A stretch of 64,000 nt of DNA from Acidobacteriota bacterium. Its GTDB lineage: Bacteria > Acidobacteriota > Vicinamibacteria > Vicinamibacterales > UBA2999. Below the pieces are notes generated by a model. It saw only the letters and a program-made list of their open reading frames with translations, was not told the origin of the DNA and did not search any database. Below are positions 8,758 through 17,620 of the stretch, one piece after another; positions within the stretch are counted from its first letter, which is position 1, and every line of letters begins with the position of its first letter. A program made the position numbers and the translations under genes. The stretch spans positions 4,822 through 68,821 of the forward strand of contig JACPCS010000112.1 in NCBI GenBank assembly GCA_016184455.1. The letters are read 5' to 3'.

Positions 8758-10179
8758 CTAACTCTCCACCCGCTGCGCCTTCAGGCGCGATACCTCGATG
8801 CGATGCTTCTTCACCAGGTGCCACACCGATCGCTCGGTAATTCCCAGCAGGCGCGCGGCGGCCGCCTGCACACCGCCCGCCCGTGCCAGCGCGTCGACGA
8901 CGAACGCCCGTTCGAGCTGCGCCACTTTCTCATCGAGCGACAGATTCTGCAGCCCGTCCCAACGACCCTGGCCGCCGTTGGTCGGCATCTCCGCGGGACG
9001 GATGGGCGGCGGGAAGCTGCTCAGGAGGAGGACGTCACCGTCGTTCACGACGACGGCGCGCTCGATCATGTTGCGGAGCTCGCGGACGTTCCCCGGCCAG
9101 CCGTACTCCATCAGCGCTGCCAGCGTGTCGGGCGCCAGGCGCGTGACGGCCCGGCCCAGACGGCTGTTGGCGTCGGCAAGGAAGTGGTCCGCCAGCTCGG
9201 GGATCTCGTCTCGGCGTTCCCGCAGCGGCGGGACGTGGACGGTGACGACGTTCAGCCGGTAGTACAGATCGTCCCGGAACGTCCCTTCGCGGACGGCCCG
9301 CTCGAGGTCCTTGTTCGTCGACGCCACGATGCGCACGTCGACCTTGATGGTCTGTATGCCGCCGACGCGTTGGAATTCGCGCTCCTGGAGCGCGCGCAGG
9401 ATCTTCGCCTGCGTCGCGAGCGTCATGTCGCCGATCTCGTCGAGCAGGAGCGTGCCGCCATCCGCCTGCTCGAACTTGCCGAGCTTGCGGCCGACCGCGC
9501 CGGTAAACGCGCCCTTCTCGTGTCCGAAGAGCTCGGACTCGAGGAGCGTTTCGGGAATCGCGGCGCAGTTCAGCTTCACGAGCGGCCTGGCGCGCCGGGC
9601 CGAGTTCTCGTGGATCGCCTCCGCAATCAGCTCCTTGCCCGTGCCGCTCTCGCCGAGGATGAGAACCGTCGAATCGGTCGAGCCGACGCGGTCGATGAGG
9701 CGCAGCACTTCCTGCATCGGGCGGCTCGACCCGACGATGCGGCCACGGCGCCCGGCGGTCAGCAGCTGCTCCCGCAGCCGCTCCACCTCGTGCATCAGCC
9801 GCCTCCGCTCGAGCGCGCGGCGGATGACGATTTCCATCTCATCGAGGCGGAACGGCTTCGTGAAGTAGTCGTAGGCGCCGCGGCGCACGGCTTCGAGCGC
9901 GGTGTCACGCGTCCCGTGCGCGGTCATCACGATGATGGGTGTGCGGAGGTCGATCTTCTGGATCTCATTGACGGCATCCAGTCCGCTCATGGCCGGCAGC
10001 CGGATGTCCATCAGGATCAGATCGAACTTCGATGTCTTGAGCGCCGCGAGCGCGTCTTCGGCGCTGCCCGCCACCGTCACGGCGTACTGCTGCCGTTCGA
10101 GCGCTTCCTTCAGGAAGAACTGCATCTGCGGGTCGTCGTCGACGGCGAGAATGTCGTACTTCGAGCTTTCTGCGTGCAT
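8758..10179 (-). CDS. Sigma54-dependent response regulator (NtrC/PilR family)
   Basis: REC domain (VDDD, MDIRLP, KP), GESGTGKE, ESELFGHEKGAFTGA, WPGNVREL, C-terminal Fis-type HTH. Confidence 0.95.
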   Translation of the reverse strand: MHAESSKYDILAVDDDPQMQFFLKEALERQQYAVTVAGSAEDALAALKTSKFDLILMDIRLPAMSGLDAVNEIQKIDLRTPIIVMTAHGTRDTALEAVRRGAYDYFTKPFRLDEMEIVIRRALERRRLMHEVERLREQLLTAGRRGRIVGSSRPMQEVLRLIDRVGSTDSTVLILGESGTGKELIAEAIHENSARRARPLVKLNCAAIPETLLESELFGHEKGAFTGAVGRKLGKFEQADGGTLLLDEIGDMTLATQAKILRALQEREFQRVGGIQTIKVDVRIVASTNKDLERAVREGTFRDDLYYRLNVVTVHVPPLRERRDEIPELADHFLADANSRLGRAVTRLAPDTLAALMEYGWPGNVRELRNMIERAVVVNDGDVLLLSSFPPPIRPAEMPTNGGQGRWDGLQNLSLDEKVAQLERAFVVDALARAGGVQAAAARLLGITERSVWHLVKKHRIEVSRLKAQRVES

Positions 10180-10186
10180 GGGTGCC

Positions 10187-11680
10187 TCAGGTCTGTAATG
10201 CAGCTTCGATCTTCTCGGCCACGGCGGTCGCGAGCGGCAGCTCCACGACGAACGTCGTTCCGGTGTCCGGGCCGCTGTCCACGTCGATGCGGCCGTCCAT
10301 CGACGTGACGATCTGGCGTGCGATGGCGAGCCCGAGCCCCGTCCCGGTCGGCTTGGTGGTGAAGAACGGGACGAAGAGCTGCCGCTGCACGTGCGGCGGA
10401 ATGTACGAGCCGGTGTTGTGCACGGACACGAACGCCTGCCCGTTCTGCGGCTCGGCCCGCACGGTCACGGTGCCGCCGTCCGGCGTCGCCTGCGTCGCGT
10501 TGAGCACGATGTTCGTCAGGGCCTGGAGCAGGCGCTCGCGGTTGCCACGGATCAGGAGCGGCCGGCCCGATGCCGCAATCGCGAGCGTCACCGCCCGATC
10601 GCCCAGGCCGTGCTGCGCGAGCGAGATCGTCGCCTTGACGGCGTCGACGACGTCGACGTCTTCGCTGTCCACGGGACGCGGCGCCGAGAAGAGCAGCAGA
10701 TCCTCGATCAGCCGGTTGAGCCGGTCGATCGAGTCGAGCATCGTCTTGATGTAGCGCCGCCGCGTCTCGTCGGCGCCCACATCGCGGCCCAGCAGCTCGG
10801 CGAGGCCGCGCAGCGACGCGAGCGGGTTCCGGATCTCGTGCGCGACGCCCGCGGTCACGGTGCCGAGCGCGACGAGCTGGTCGGTCTGCTGGAGGCGCGC
10901 CTGCAGGCTGCGCATCTGATTGAGGTCTTTGAAGGCGATCATCACGCCCACGATTTCGCCCGATCGCGCCTTGGGATCCTGGCGGCCGGCTTTAGCCGGC
11001 CCGGAGCTCTGCTGGAGGTACGAGGCAGAAATGCCGATTCGTACGGGCCGTCCGTCGGCGGCGAGAATCTCCAAGTCCTCGAGCGACACCGGTTGGCGCC
11101 GGGAGATGGCGGTTTCGACCGCGGTGAGCGACGCGCGGCTGCCCGACGCAGGTGTGAACACGTCGCTGAATCGCCGGCCGACGAGGTCCTCCTCGCGGTA
11201 GCCGAGCGTCGCTTCCGCCGCTGGGCTGGAGCCGATCACGCGCCCCTCCGCGTCGAGCGTGATCACGGCGCCCGTCATGCTCTGGAAGAAGTAGCGCTGC
11301 AGCGCCGACAGCGCGTCATTGAACGCGCCGCCAAGTGAGTCGAGCTCCTTGGTCGAGGCGATGCTCAGCGCGCCGCGGAAATCACCCGACGCCAACGCTT
11401 CGAGCTGCTCCGTCACCTGGCGGACGGGCCGCGTCACCCCAAGCGCGATGCTGAAGCCGAGGAGCGCCGCGACCAGCGAGATCGCCGCAATCTGCACCCC
11501 CAGCTGCGCCAGCATGTTGCTGCCCACGACGTCGGTGCCGTAGAAGAGGTACAACCGGCTCGTCATGTTGAGCGTGAAGAACCCGGTGGCCGCGACGAGC
11601 AGCGCCATCGTGAGCGGCAGCACCACGAGGAGCTTTGCGCGCGTCGCGCGGTGGGCCGCCGTAAGGGGACGAGTGGTCAT
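10187..11680 (-). CDS. Sensor histidine kinase (2 TM, HAMP, PAS, HisKA, HATPase; PilS/NtrB-like)
   Basis: AHEIRNPL H-box, N-box NIVLNA, PFFTTK..GTGLGL G2 box. Confidence 0.92.
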   Translation of the reverse strand: MTTRPLTAAHRATRAKLLVVLPLTMALLVAATGFFTLNMTSRLYLFYGTDVVGSNMLAQLGVQIAAISLVAALLGFSIALGVTRPVRQVTEQLEALASGDFRGALSIASTKELDSLGGAFNDALSALQRYFFQSMTGAVITLDAEGRVIGSSPAAEATLGYREEDLVGRRFSDVFTPASGSRASLTAVETAISRRQPVSLEDLEILAADGRPVRIGISASYLQQSSGPAKAGRQDPKARSGEIVGVMIAFKDLNQMRSLQARLQQTDQLVALGTVTAGVAHEIRNPLASLRGLAELLGRDVGADETRRRYIKTMLDSIDRLNRLIEDLLLFSAPRPVDSEDVDVVDAVKATISLAQHGLGDRAVTLAIAASGRPLLIRGNRERLLQALTNIVLNATQATPDGGTVTVRAEPQNGQAFVSVHNTGSYIPPHVQRQLFVPFFTTKPTGTGLGLAIARQIVTSMDGRIDVDSGPDTGTTFVVELPLATAVAEKIEAALQT

Positions 11681-12198
11681 GGCGTCTTCGTCCCGGATCC
11701 TGGCGATTTCAGCGCGAGCGTCCGGCGGCCGCGTGCGGCCGACTCGAGGACGACCGCCTTTGGCAGGATGTCCACGACCTTCGAATCAGCCACCATATCC
11801 CCGACGCGGACGATGCGGCCGTCTATGAGCGCCAGGCGCCGCTCCGGCGAGTGCAGAATCGAGGCGATCTCCGGATCCGCGGCCGGTGCCGAAGCCGGCG
11901 AGGGTGTCTCAGCCGCCGTCGTCTGGACGATCGCCGGCTTCAGCCCTCGATGCTCGAACGGATCGCGCGCCCACACCGGCACGCGAATGAGCTCGACGTC
12001 GGGGAGCTGTTGCGGGTGCGATGGATCGAAGGCGGCCGCCGGCGCGGCGGCAGACGTAGGCGCCGGCGTGCTGGCCGGAGGCTGTGTGGCGGCGGCAGAT
12101 CGATTCGGCGCGGGCCGCGTGAAAACCCAGATGTTGTAGACGATGCTGCCCGCGAGGAGCATCAGCGAGACGATCACGTGCTGTCGTCCCAGCTTCAC
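11677..12198 (-). CDS. PilP/MshK/GspC-like assembly protein
   Basis: N-terminal TM, Pro/Ala linker, RDPF motif, SILHS...ALIDGRIVRVGD beta domain; position downstream of pilO. Confidence 0.6.
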   Translation of the reverse strand: MKLGRQHVIVSLMLLAGSIVYNIWVFTRPAPNRSAAATQPPASTPAPTSAAAPAAAFDPSHPQQLPDVELIRVPVWARDPFEHRGLKPAIVQTTAAETPSPASAPAADPEIASILHSPERRLALIDGRIVRVGDMVADSKVVDILPKAVVLESAARGRRTLALKSPGSGTKTP

Positions 12199-12815
12199 CG
12201 CCGCCCTCCAGCCGGCACCACGTCGCCCGGTTGCCGCGCAAACGCAAACAGGGTCAGCGTCATGTGTACGCGGCCGTCCCCGGTTTCAGTGGATCTCATC
12301 TCGAGCGTGCGGATCTCGACGACGGTCGGCGGATCCCGCAACTGCCACAGGAACTGGCCGGCGGCGGCGTACGGGCCGTCGAACGCCATCGTGATCGGCA
12401 GAAATGCCAGCGGGACCTCGAACAGCGCGATCCGCGGATCGGGCACCGCGCTGGCTGCCTGGGGCCCCGTGCCGACGGTCACCGCCGTCCGCTGTCCGGT
12501 CTCGATCGTGAGGTTCGTCACGCCTGCCTGCTTCGCAAGCGTCGCGAGGCGCTCGAACACCTGCGCCGACGCATCACGCGCCGCCACCTGACGTTCGAAC
12601 GCCGCTCGCGCATCGCCCGACACGGTGGCCGGCCGCGGCCCGGTCAGTGATCGGCGCACCGCCGCCAGCCGCTGCTCCAGCGCCTGCAGCTGCCGCGCGC
12701 TCTCGGCGCCGCTCGCCATCGTCGGGCGCACGAGCAGCAGCCAGCCGAACACCACGATGAGCAGCGGCAGCGCAAAGGGCGCGAAGTGCCTGAGACGCGC
12801 GGTGTCGAGCTTCAT
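12195..12815 (-). CDS. PilO/GspM-like alignment protein
   Basis: TM plus coiled coil plus ferredoxin-like segment (ITMAFDGPY..GQFLWQL); operon context. Confidence 0.7.
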   Translation of the reverse strand: MKLDTARLRHFAPFALPLLIVVFGWLLLVRPTMASGAESARQLQALEQRLAAVRRSLTGPRPATVSGDARAAFERQVAARDASAQVFERLATLAKQAGVTNLTIETGQRTAVTVGTGPQAASAVPDPRIALFEVPLAFLPITMAFDGPYAAAGQFLWQLRDPPTVVEIRTLEMRSTETGDGRVHMTLTLFAFARQPGDVVPAGGRR

Positions 12816-14362
12816 TTCATGACCCGGAAATTCAGCACGAATTCGACGCCGGTCATGCCCGGGGGAATGGCGGACGCCAGTATGGCGCTCCCCTCCGATG
12901 TGCCTCGACCCGAGACGACACGCAGCGAAGGCGGCTGTTCGGGCGTCCCGAGGTACGGCGAAGCGGACGCGCGTTCGATCAGCCGGTTGATGGCCATCTG
13001 CCCCGCGGCGGCATCCTCCGTGATCGCCACACCGGTGACCGTCACACGCCAGGCCATGCCTTCCGCCGTGACGGTCACGGCTGTGAGGACAATGTCGTCC
13101 GGCGCGGATCCTGAGAGCGCCTCGAGCAGACGTGCGAGCCGCGGACCTTGGGAGTCGAACGCGCTCACCGCCGCCTCGCGGGCGGTAGCGAGCGTGTACG
13201 CCTGCCTCAGCGCATCGACGCGCTGCGCTTCAGGTTCGAGCGACGCGAGCTGCGCCTCGACGCGCTGCCTCTGCGCCGCGTACGCCGACGCCGACCGCTG
13301 CGCCAGCATGTAGACGGCGAGCATGAGCACCAGACTGGCGGCCGTTGCGAGCGTCACCCGCCGCGTCCGTGTGCGTGCGGCACGCGCGGTCCGAATGCTC
13401 GCCGGGAGCAGGTTCGCGCCCGGCCGCGGATCGGACGCGGTGGCGATGGCAAGGCGCAGACCCGCCACTGCCGAGCGGAACTCGTCCGCCGGCTCGGGCA
13501 CGGTGGAGACGTCGATCCCCACCAGCGAGTCGAGCGTCTTGACCGTCGCGTTCAGCTCGGTGCCGAGCGGGGCGGTCAGCGCACGGATGTTCGCCATGTC
13601 GCCGCAGAGCACGACGTGCTCGACGGTCGCGCGAAACGTCTGCTTGAAGTAGAGGATTGAACGCTTGATCTCCGCGATGAGCCGCGCGCGCGTCGATTCC
13701 TGTCCCTCCGCCGACCAGTCGCCGTCGTGGCCCCACGGCATCTCGCGCGCAAACAGCACGACGCCGTCGCGGATGATCGCCACGCACGTCGATCGGGCGC
13801 TGAGAGCGACGTACGCGCTGGGGACCTCGGGTGCTGCCTCGTGATCGGCGCGCGCGACCGCTGCGAGCGCCAGCGCCGGCGTCAGAACCCCCTCGACGAC
13901 GAACCCGGCATCGATGACCGGCTGAATGCGCCGCCTCACCTCGTCGGCCGCAACCGCCACCAGCGACACTTCACGGCGTCGGTGACTGCCGACCTGAACT
14001 TCGGCGCCGATCGCGATGCTGACGCTCGGAGGATCCGTCGCCGTCTCGAGCGGCGCGATCTCCTTGCGGACCTCGCGCAGCGCGAGCGCTTCGAGGTCGG
14101 TCGGCTTGGCAGGCGGGAGGCGCAGGGACTGCTGAACCGATCGCAGGCCCCACACGGTGACCCACGCGCTCGGCACGAGCCCGCGATCCTGGCGGTGACG
14201 CGCCAGCTCGCGCGTCAGCAGTGCGGGGTCGTCGGGGCTGAAGACTTCGCTCAGGAACGCACGGACGCGGACGTCTCCCGCGGTGCGCCGGCGAAGCGGC
14301 AGCTCGACCTCAACGAGGCGGAAGCCGTCGCCGTGCAGTTCGATGCTCGTGCGCGCGCTCAT
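12812..14362 (-). CDS. PilM-PilN fusion (GspL/MshI-like)
   Basis: Actin-like PilM segment (EIKRSILYF, VVLCGD), then ANLLP, a TM, a coiled coil and a PilN-like domain (VTVTGVA). Confidence 0.75.
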   Translation of the reverse strand: MSARTSIELHGDGFRLVEVELPLRRRTAGDVRVRAFLSEVFSPDDPALLTRELARHRQDRGLVPSAWVTVWGLRSVQQSLRLPPAKPTDLEALALREVRKEIAPLETATDPPSVSIAIGAEVQVGSHRRREVSLVAVAADEVRRRIQPVIDAGFVVEGVLTPALALAAVARADHEAAPEVPSAYVALSARSTCVAIIRDGVVLFAREMPWGHDGDWSAEGQESTRARLIAEIKRSILYFKQTFRATVEHVVLCGDMANIRALTAPLGTELNATVKTLDSLVGIDVSTVPEPADEFRSAVAGLRLAIATASDPRPGANLLPASIRTARAARTRTRRVTLATAASLVLMLAVYMLAQRSASAYAAQRQRVEAQLASLEPEAQRVDALRQAYTLATAREAAVSAFDSQGPRLARLLEALSGSAPDDIVLTAVTVTAEGMAWRVTVTGVAITEDAAAGQMAINRLIERASASPYLGTPEQPPSLRVVSGRGTSEGSAILASAIPPGMTGVEFVLNFRVMK

Positions 14363-14460
14363 TAAACCTTTGATTCCAGGCTATTTATCGTCTGAGTGGC
14401 AGTGGGGAACCATGCACCGCTCCCACGCCATCCTCCATTATCGGCACTTCTGTGCAGCTC

Positions 14461-14492
14461 CTACAGGTTTTGTAGGACTTCAGAGAGTGAGG
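14461..14492. promoter_or_regulatory. Tandem pseudo-palindromic sites (putative enhancer-binding-protein sites)
   Basis: CTACA-ggttt-TGTAG (14461-14475) and CTTCA-gagag-TGAGG (14478-14492) in the divergent intergenic region; the same motif occurs upstream of sigma54 promoters elsewhere in the window. Confidence 0.5.
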
Positions 14493-14560
14493 GAACCGAA
14501 GAAATTTGCAACCCCGACGTCTGACACGAGCGAGCTCTATGAGCCATTGGCGCGTTTACC

Positions 14561-14590
14561 CCAAATGCACACAAATGCACCCAAATGCAC
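14561..14590. repeat. 10-bp tandem repeat x3 (C/A)CAAATGCAC
   Basis: ccaaatgcac-acaaatgcac-ccaaatgcac, seen directly. Confidence 0.9.
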
Positions 14591-14700
14591 CGACCCTTGT
14601 CAACCGCAAGCCCGGCGGCATAGCATGCCTGTTGGGCTCCGCCCAAACTTCATAGCCGGCTCTTCCGTGGAGGTCTGCCCAGGTGGCAGTTGCCCGCACG

Positions 14701-15450
14701 ATGACCGATGCCACGCGCCGCGCACCGCCGCGGTTGAGACGGTCCGCGCGCATGCCCACGCCGGGTATCCGCGCGCGTATCGACTACGTCAGCGGCGACC
14801 TCATCAATGTGAGCGCGACCGGTGCGCTGATCCGGACGGGCCGCACATTGGCCGTCGGCAGTGAATGGCCCGTCACGCTCGATCTGGAAGTCCGCCGCGT
14901 CAGCGTGTCGGGACGCGTGGTGCGCTCCGAGCCGGTGACCGTTGAGCTGCCAGGCGGGGCTGTGTTGAAGCGCGCCGCATTCTCGCTCGGCGTCGTGTTC
15001 ACAGCCGTCTCGTCGAATGCCATGCAGAGCCTCGTCCAGCTCTGCGGCGGCACGCTGACGGTTGAGGAGCTGCCGTATCGGATTCTCGCCGTCAATGACG
15101 ACCCCGTTACGGCGGGCACCGTCACGCAGATGCTCGCCGAGCTCGGGTATCAGGTTCGCAGCGTGGCGGACGCGCGGCAGGTGGTGGCCGCCGCAAAGGA
15201 GAACCGGGCAGATGCCGTCCTCATCCACCTCTCCAAGGAGCGCGAGCCATCGATGTGGTGGGCGCTCGAGATTCTTCAGTCCGATGCGACTACCGCGCGC
15301 CTCCCCGTCGTGGTGCTGACCGGGCCCCAACCGGTCGAGAACGACCGCGCCCGGTATCTCGCCGGGCGAAACGTGCGGATCGTCACAACACTGACAGCGG
15401 ACGGGCTCAACTCGGCGCTTCAGGCGGCGTTGCAGCCGCGCCGCCGGTAA
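14701..15450 (+). CDS. PilZ + pseudo-receiver domain protein (copy 1)
   Basis: RRSAR and NVSATG PilZ motifs; REC-like ILAVNDD...DAVLIHL with the acceptor Asp replaced by His. Confidence 0.8.
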   Translation: MTDATRRAPPRLRRSARMPTPGIRARIDYVSGDLINVSATGALIRTGRTLAVGSEWPVTLDLEVRRVSVSGRVVRSEPVTVELPGGAVLKRAAFSLGVVFTAVSSNAMQSLVQLCGGTLTVEELPYRILAVNDDPVTAGTVTQMLAELGYQVRSVADARQVVAAAKENRADAVLIHLSKEREPSMWWALEILQSDATTARLPVVVLTGPQPVENDRARYLAGRNVRIVTTLTADGLNSALQAALQPRRR

Positions 15451-15595
15451 GGGCTCGTCGCCGGCACCCCGCATCAGTTCTTGTGGGTGGCGACACGGTG
15501 TGGGCATCGCCGTTTGTCGGGCGCCGTCCCCGCCACGCGGGAGGCTCCCCAGGAAACACCAGTGTTTTAGCAATTTACGAGGTCAGGCCGGGCAG

Positions 15596-15611
15596 AGGCA
15601 CAGCCATTGCT
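15596..15611 (+). promoter_or_regulatory. Sigma54 -24/-12 promoter
   Basis: AGGCACAGCCATTGCT (GG-N10-GC), ending 28 bp before ATG 15639. Confidence 0.75.
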
Positions 15612-15638
15612 ACTGCCGAGCTACACCCGCAACTCTCG

Positions 15639-16388
15639 ATGCCGGATCCAGAGCACCGCTCTCCCCCTCGGCTGACGCGGTCTGCGCGCGTGCCGACGCT
15701 TGGCATGCGGGCGCGCATCAATGACGTGACCGGCGATCTCGTCAACGTGAGCGCCACCGGTGCGCTCATTCGCGCACGCCGCGCGCTGGGAGTCTGCACC
15801 GAGTGGCCGCTGGTGCTGGACTCGGAGGTCCGCCGCATTGCGCTCTCAGGGCGCGTGGTGCGCTGCGAGTCGGCCGCGGTCGAGCTGCCCGGCGGCGCGA
15901 TCTTGAAGCGGACCGTATTTGCCCTCGGCGTCGTGTTCACGGCCGTCTCGTCCGCGGCGATGCACAATATCGTGCAACTCTGCGGCGGCACGCTGAAGGT
16001 CGAGGCGCTCCCGCACCGGATTCTGCTGGTGGACGAGGATCCCTCGTCAAGCGGCGCACTCACGCAGACGCTCACCGACCTTCGATATGAGGTGCGAAGC
16101 GTCGCCGACGCGCGGCAAGTGATCGATGCTGCGAAGGACTGTCGGGCGGATGCCGTTGTGATCCACCTGGCCTCGCGGTGGGTGCCGTCCATGTGGTGGG
16201 CGCTTGAAGTCCTGCGATCGGATCCGGCGACCGCTCGCCTCCCGATCGTCGCCGTGACCACTGCTGACGCGCTCGACGTGCACCGACCGCAGTACCTCGC
16301 CGAACGGAAAGTCCATATCGTGACCGGGTCAACCGCGGAGGCACTCGAAGCGGCACTGCAACGCGCGCTGCAACTTCCGCTCGCGTAG
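15639..16388 (+). CDS. PilZ + pseudo-receiver domain protein (copy 2, tandem paralogue)
   Basis: Highly similar to 14701-15450 (GDLVNVSATGALIR, ELPGGA.LKR, PSMWWALE); DAVVIHL. Confidence 0.8.
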   Translation: MPDPEHRSPPRLTRSARVPTLGMRARINDVTGDLVNVSATGALIRARRALGVCTEWPLVLDSEVRRIALSGRVVRCESAAVELPGGAILKRTVFALGVVFTAVSSAAMHNIVQLCGGTLKVEALPHRILLVDEDPSSSGALTQTLTDLRYEVRSVADARQVIDAAKDCRADAVVIHLASRWVPSMWWALEVLRSDPATARLPIVAVTTADALDVHRPQYLAERKVHIVTGSTAEALEAALQRALQLPLA

Positions 16389-16530
16389 CCTCCGGGCTTT
16401 GCATGGACCATCACTTCGTGAAGGGCCCCACACAACCTGGCACCCGCATTTTGTAGGTCCGCTCTCGTCACAGCAGGCACTCGCGCCCGCAACCAACGCT
16501 CCATCAATCGTTTACGGATGCGAAGCACCC

Positions 16531-16546
16531 AGGCACAGCCATTGCT
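16531..16546 (+). promoter_or_regulatory. Sigma54 -24/-12 promoter of the polysaccharide operon, with an upstream IHF-like site
   Basis: AGGCACAGCCATTGCT, identical to 15596-15611; CATCAATCGTTTA (16502-16514) fits WATCAANNNNTTR with one mismatch. Confidence 0.75.
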
Positions 16547-16675
16547 GTCTCCCGTCACGCCTACGCGTTTGTAAACCGCGTTTCGGTTTTCGCCCCAGGT
16601 CTGCGGGCACTTGTCAGCCGCCCCATCCCACACCGGCTGTAAGTGAGAGGGCGAAGCCACGTCACATCACAAGCC

Positions 16676-17620
16676 ATGAATTTCGCAGTCACAGGCGTTT
16701 CGGGATTCGTCGCGCCGCGGCATCTCAATGCGATTCGCGCCACCGGGAACCGGTTGATCGCCGCGATGGATCCGCACGACGCGGCCGGCGTGCTCGACGC
16801 CTACTCGTACGACGTCCGATTCTTCACGGAATTCGAGCGGTTCGATCGGCACCTCGAAAAGCTGCGGCGAGGGCCCGAGGCCGATCGCGTGCACTACCTC
16901 ACCGTCTGCTCGCCGAACTATCTGCACGACGCGCACGTCCGCCTCGCGCTTCGAGTCGGCGCTGACGTGATCTGCGAAAAACCGCTCGTCATCAACCCGT
17001 GGAATCTCGACGCGCTCCAGGAACTCGAGATCGAGACCGGGCGCCGCGTCTGGACCGTGCTGCAGCTGCGCCTGAGCGAGACGCTTCTGGCGCTGCGCCG
17101 GCGCCTCGCATCGGGCGGCTCGCGCGTGCACCACGACGTGTGCCTGACGTACATCGCGCCGCGCGGCCGCTGGTACGACGTCTCCTGGAAGGGCATTCCG
17201 GACCGGTCGGGCGGCCTGGCGACGAACATCGGCGTCCACCTGTTCGATCTGCTGCTGTGGCTCTTCGGACCGGTCGAGCGCGTCGAGGTGCACGTGAGCA
17301 CGGCGCGCCGCCTTGCGGGGCTGCTCGAGTGTGGTTCGGCCGCGGTTCGGTGGTTTCTGTCGGCGGAGCCGTCGGATCTGCCGCTGCCTGCCGAACGCGG
17401 CGGGAAAGCGCACCGCTCGTTGACCGTGGACGGCGAGCAGGTCGAGTTCTCGGGCGGGTTCGACGATCTGCACACGAAGGTCTACGAGGCGGCCCTGGGG
17501 GGTGCGGGCTTCGGAATCGACGAGGCGCGGCCGTCGATCGAGCTCGCCTATCGGATCCGGCAGACGGCGGTGGCCGCGCGCACGCGCCGCGTACACCCGC
17601 TGGCCGCCGCGCTGGCATGA
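16676..17620 (+). CDS. wbpB: UDP-GlcNAcA 3-dehydrogenase (WbpB-like, Gfo/Idh/MocA)
   Basis: GFVAPRH, ICEKPLV, SPNYLHDAH, LQLR, SWKG..SGGLATNIGVH, GFDDLHT motifs. Confidence 0.85.
   Translation: MNFAVTGVSGFVAPRHLNAIRATGNRLIAAMDPHDAAGVLDAYSYDVRFFTEFERFDRHLEKLRRGPEADRVHYLTVCSPNYLHDAHVRLALRVGADVICEKPLVINPWNLDALQELEIETGRRVWTVLQLRLSETLLALRRRLASGGSRVHHDVCLTYIAPRGRWYDVSWKGIPDRSGGLATNIGVHLFDLLLWLFGPVERVEVHVSTARRLAGLLECGSAAVRWFLSAEPSDLPLPAERGGKAHRSLTVDGEQVEFSGGFDDLHTKVYEAALGGAGFGIDEARPSIELAYRIRQTAVAARTRRVHPLAAALA

Noticed and set aside
7246-10308. 1020-aa plus-strand ORF
   Set aside because: Antisense shadow of the ATPase and regulator genes; Arg/Ala-rich with no motifs, typical of high-GC DNA.
14442-14456. 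Sigma54-like CGGCACTTCTGTGCA in the divergent intergenic region
   Set aside because: GG-to-GC spacing is 9 rather than the strict 10 nt.
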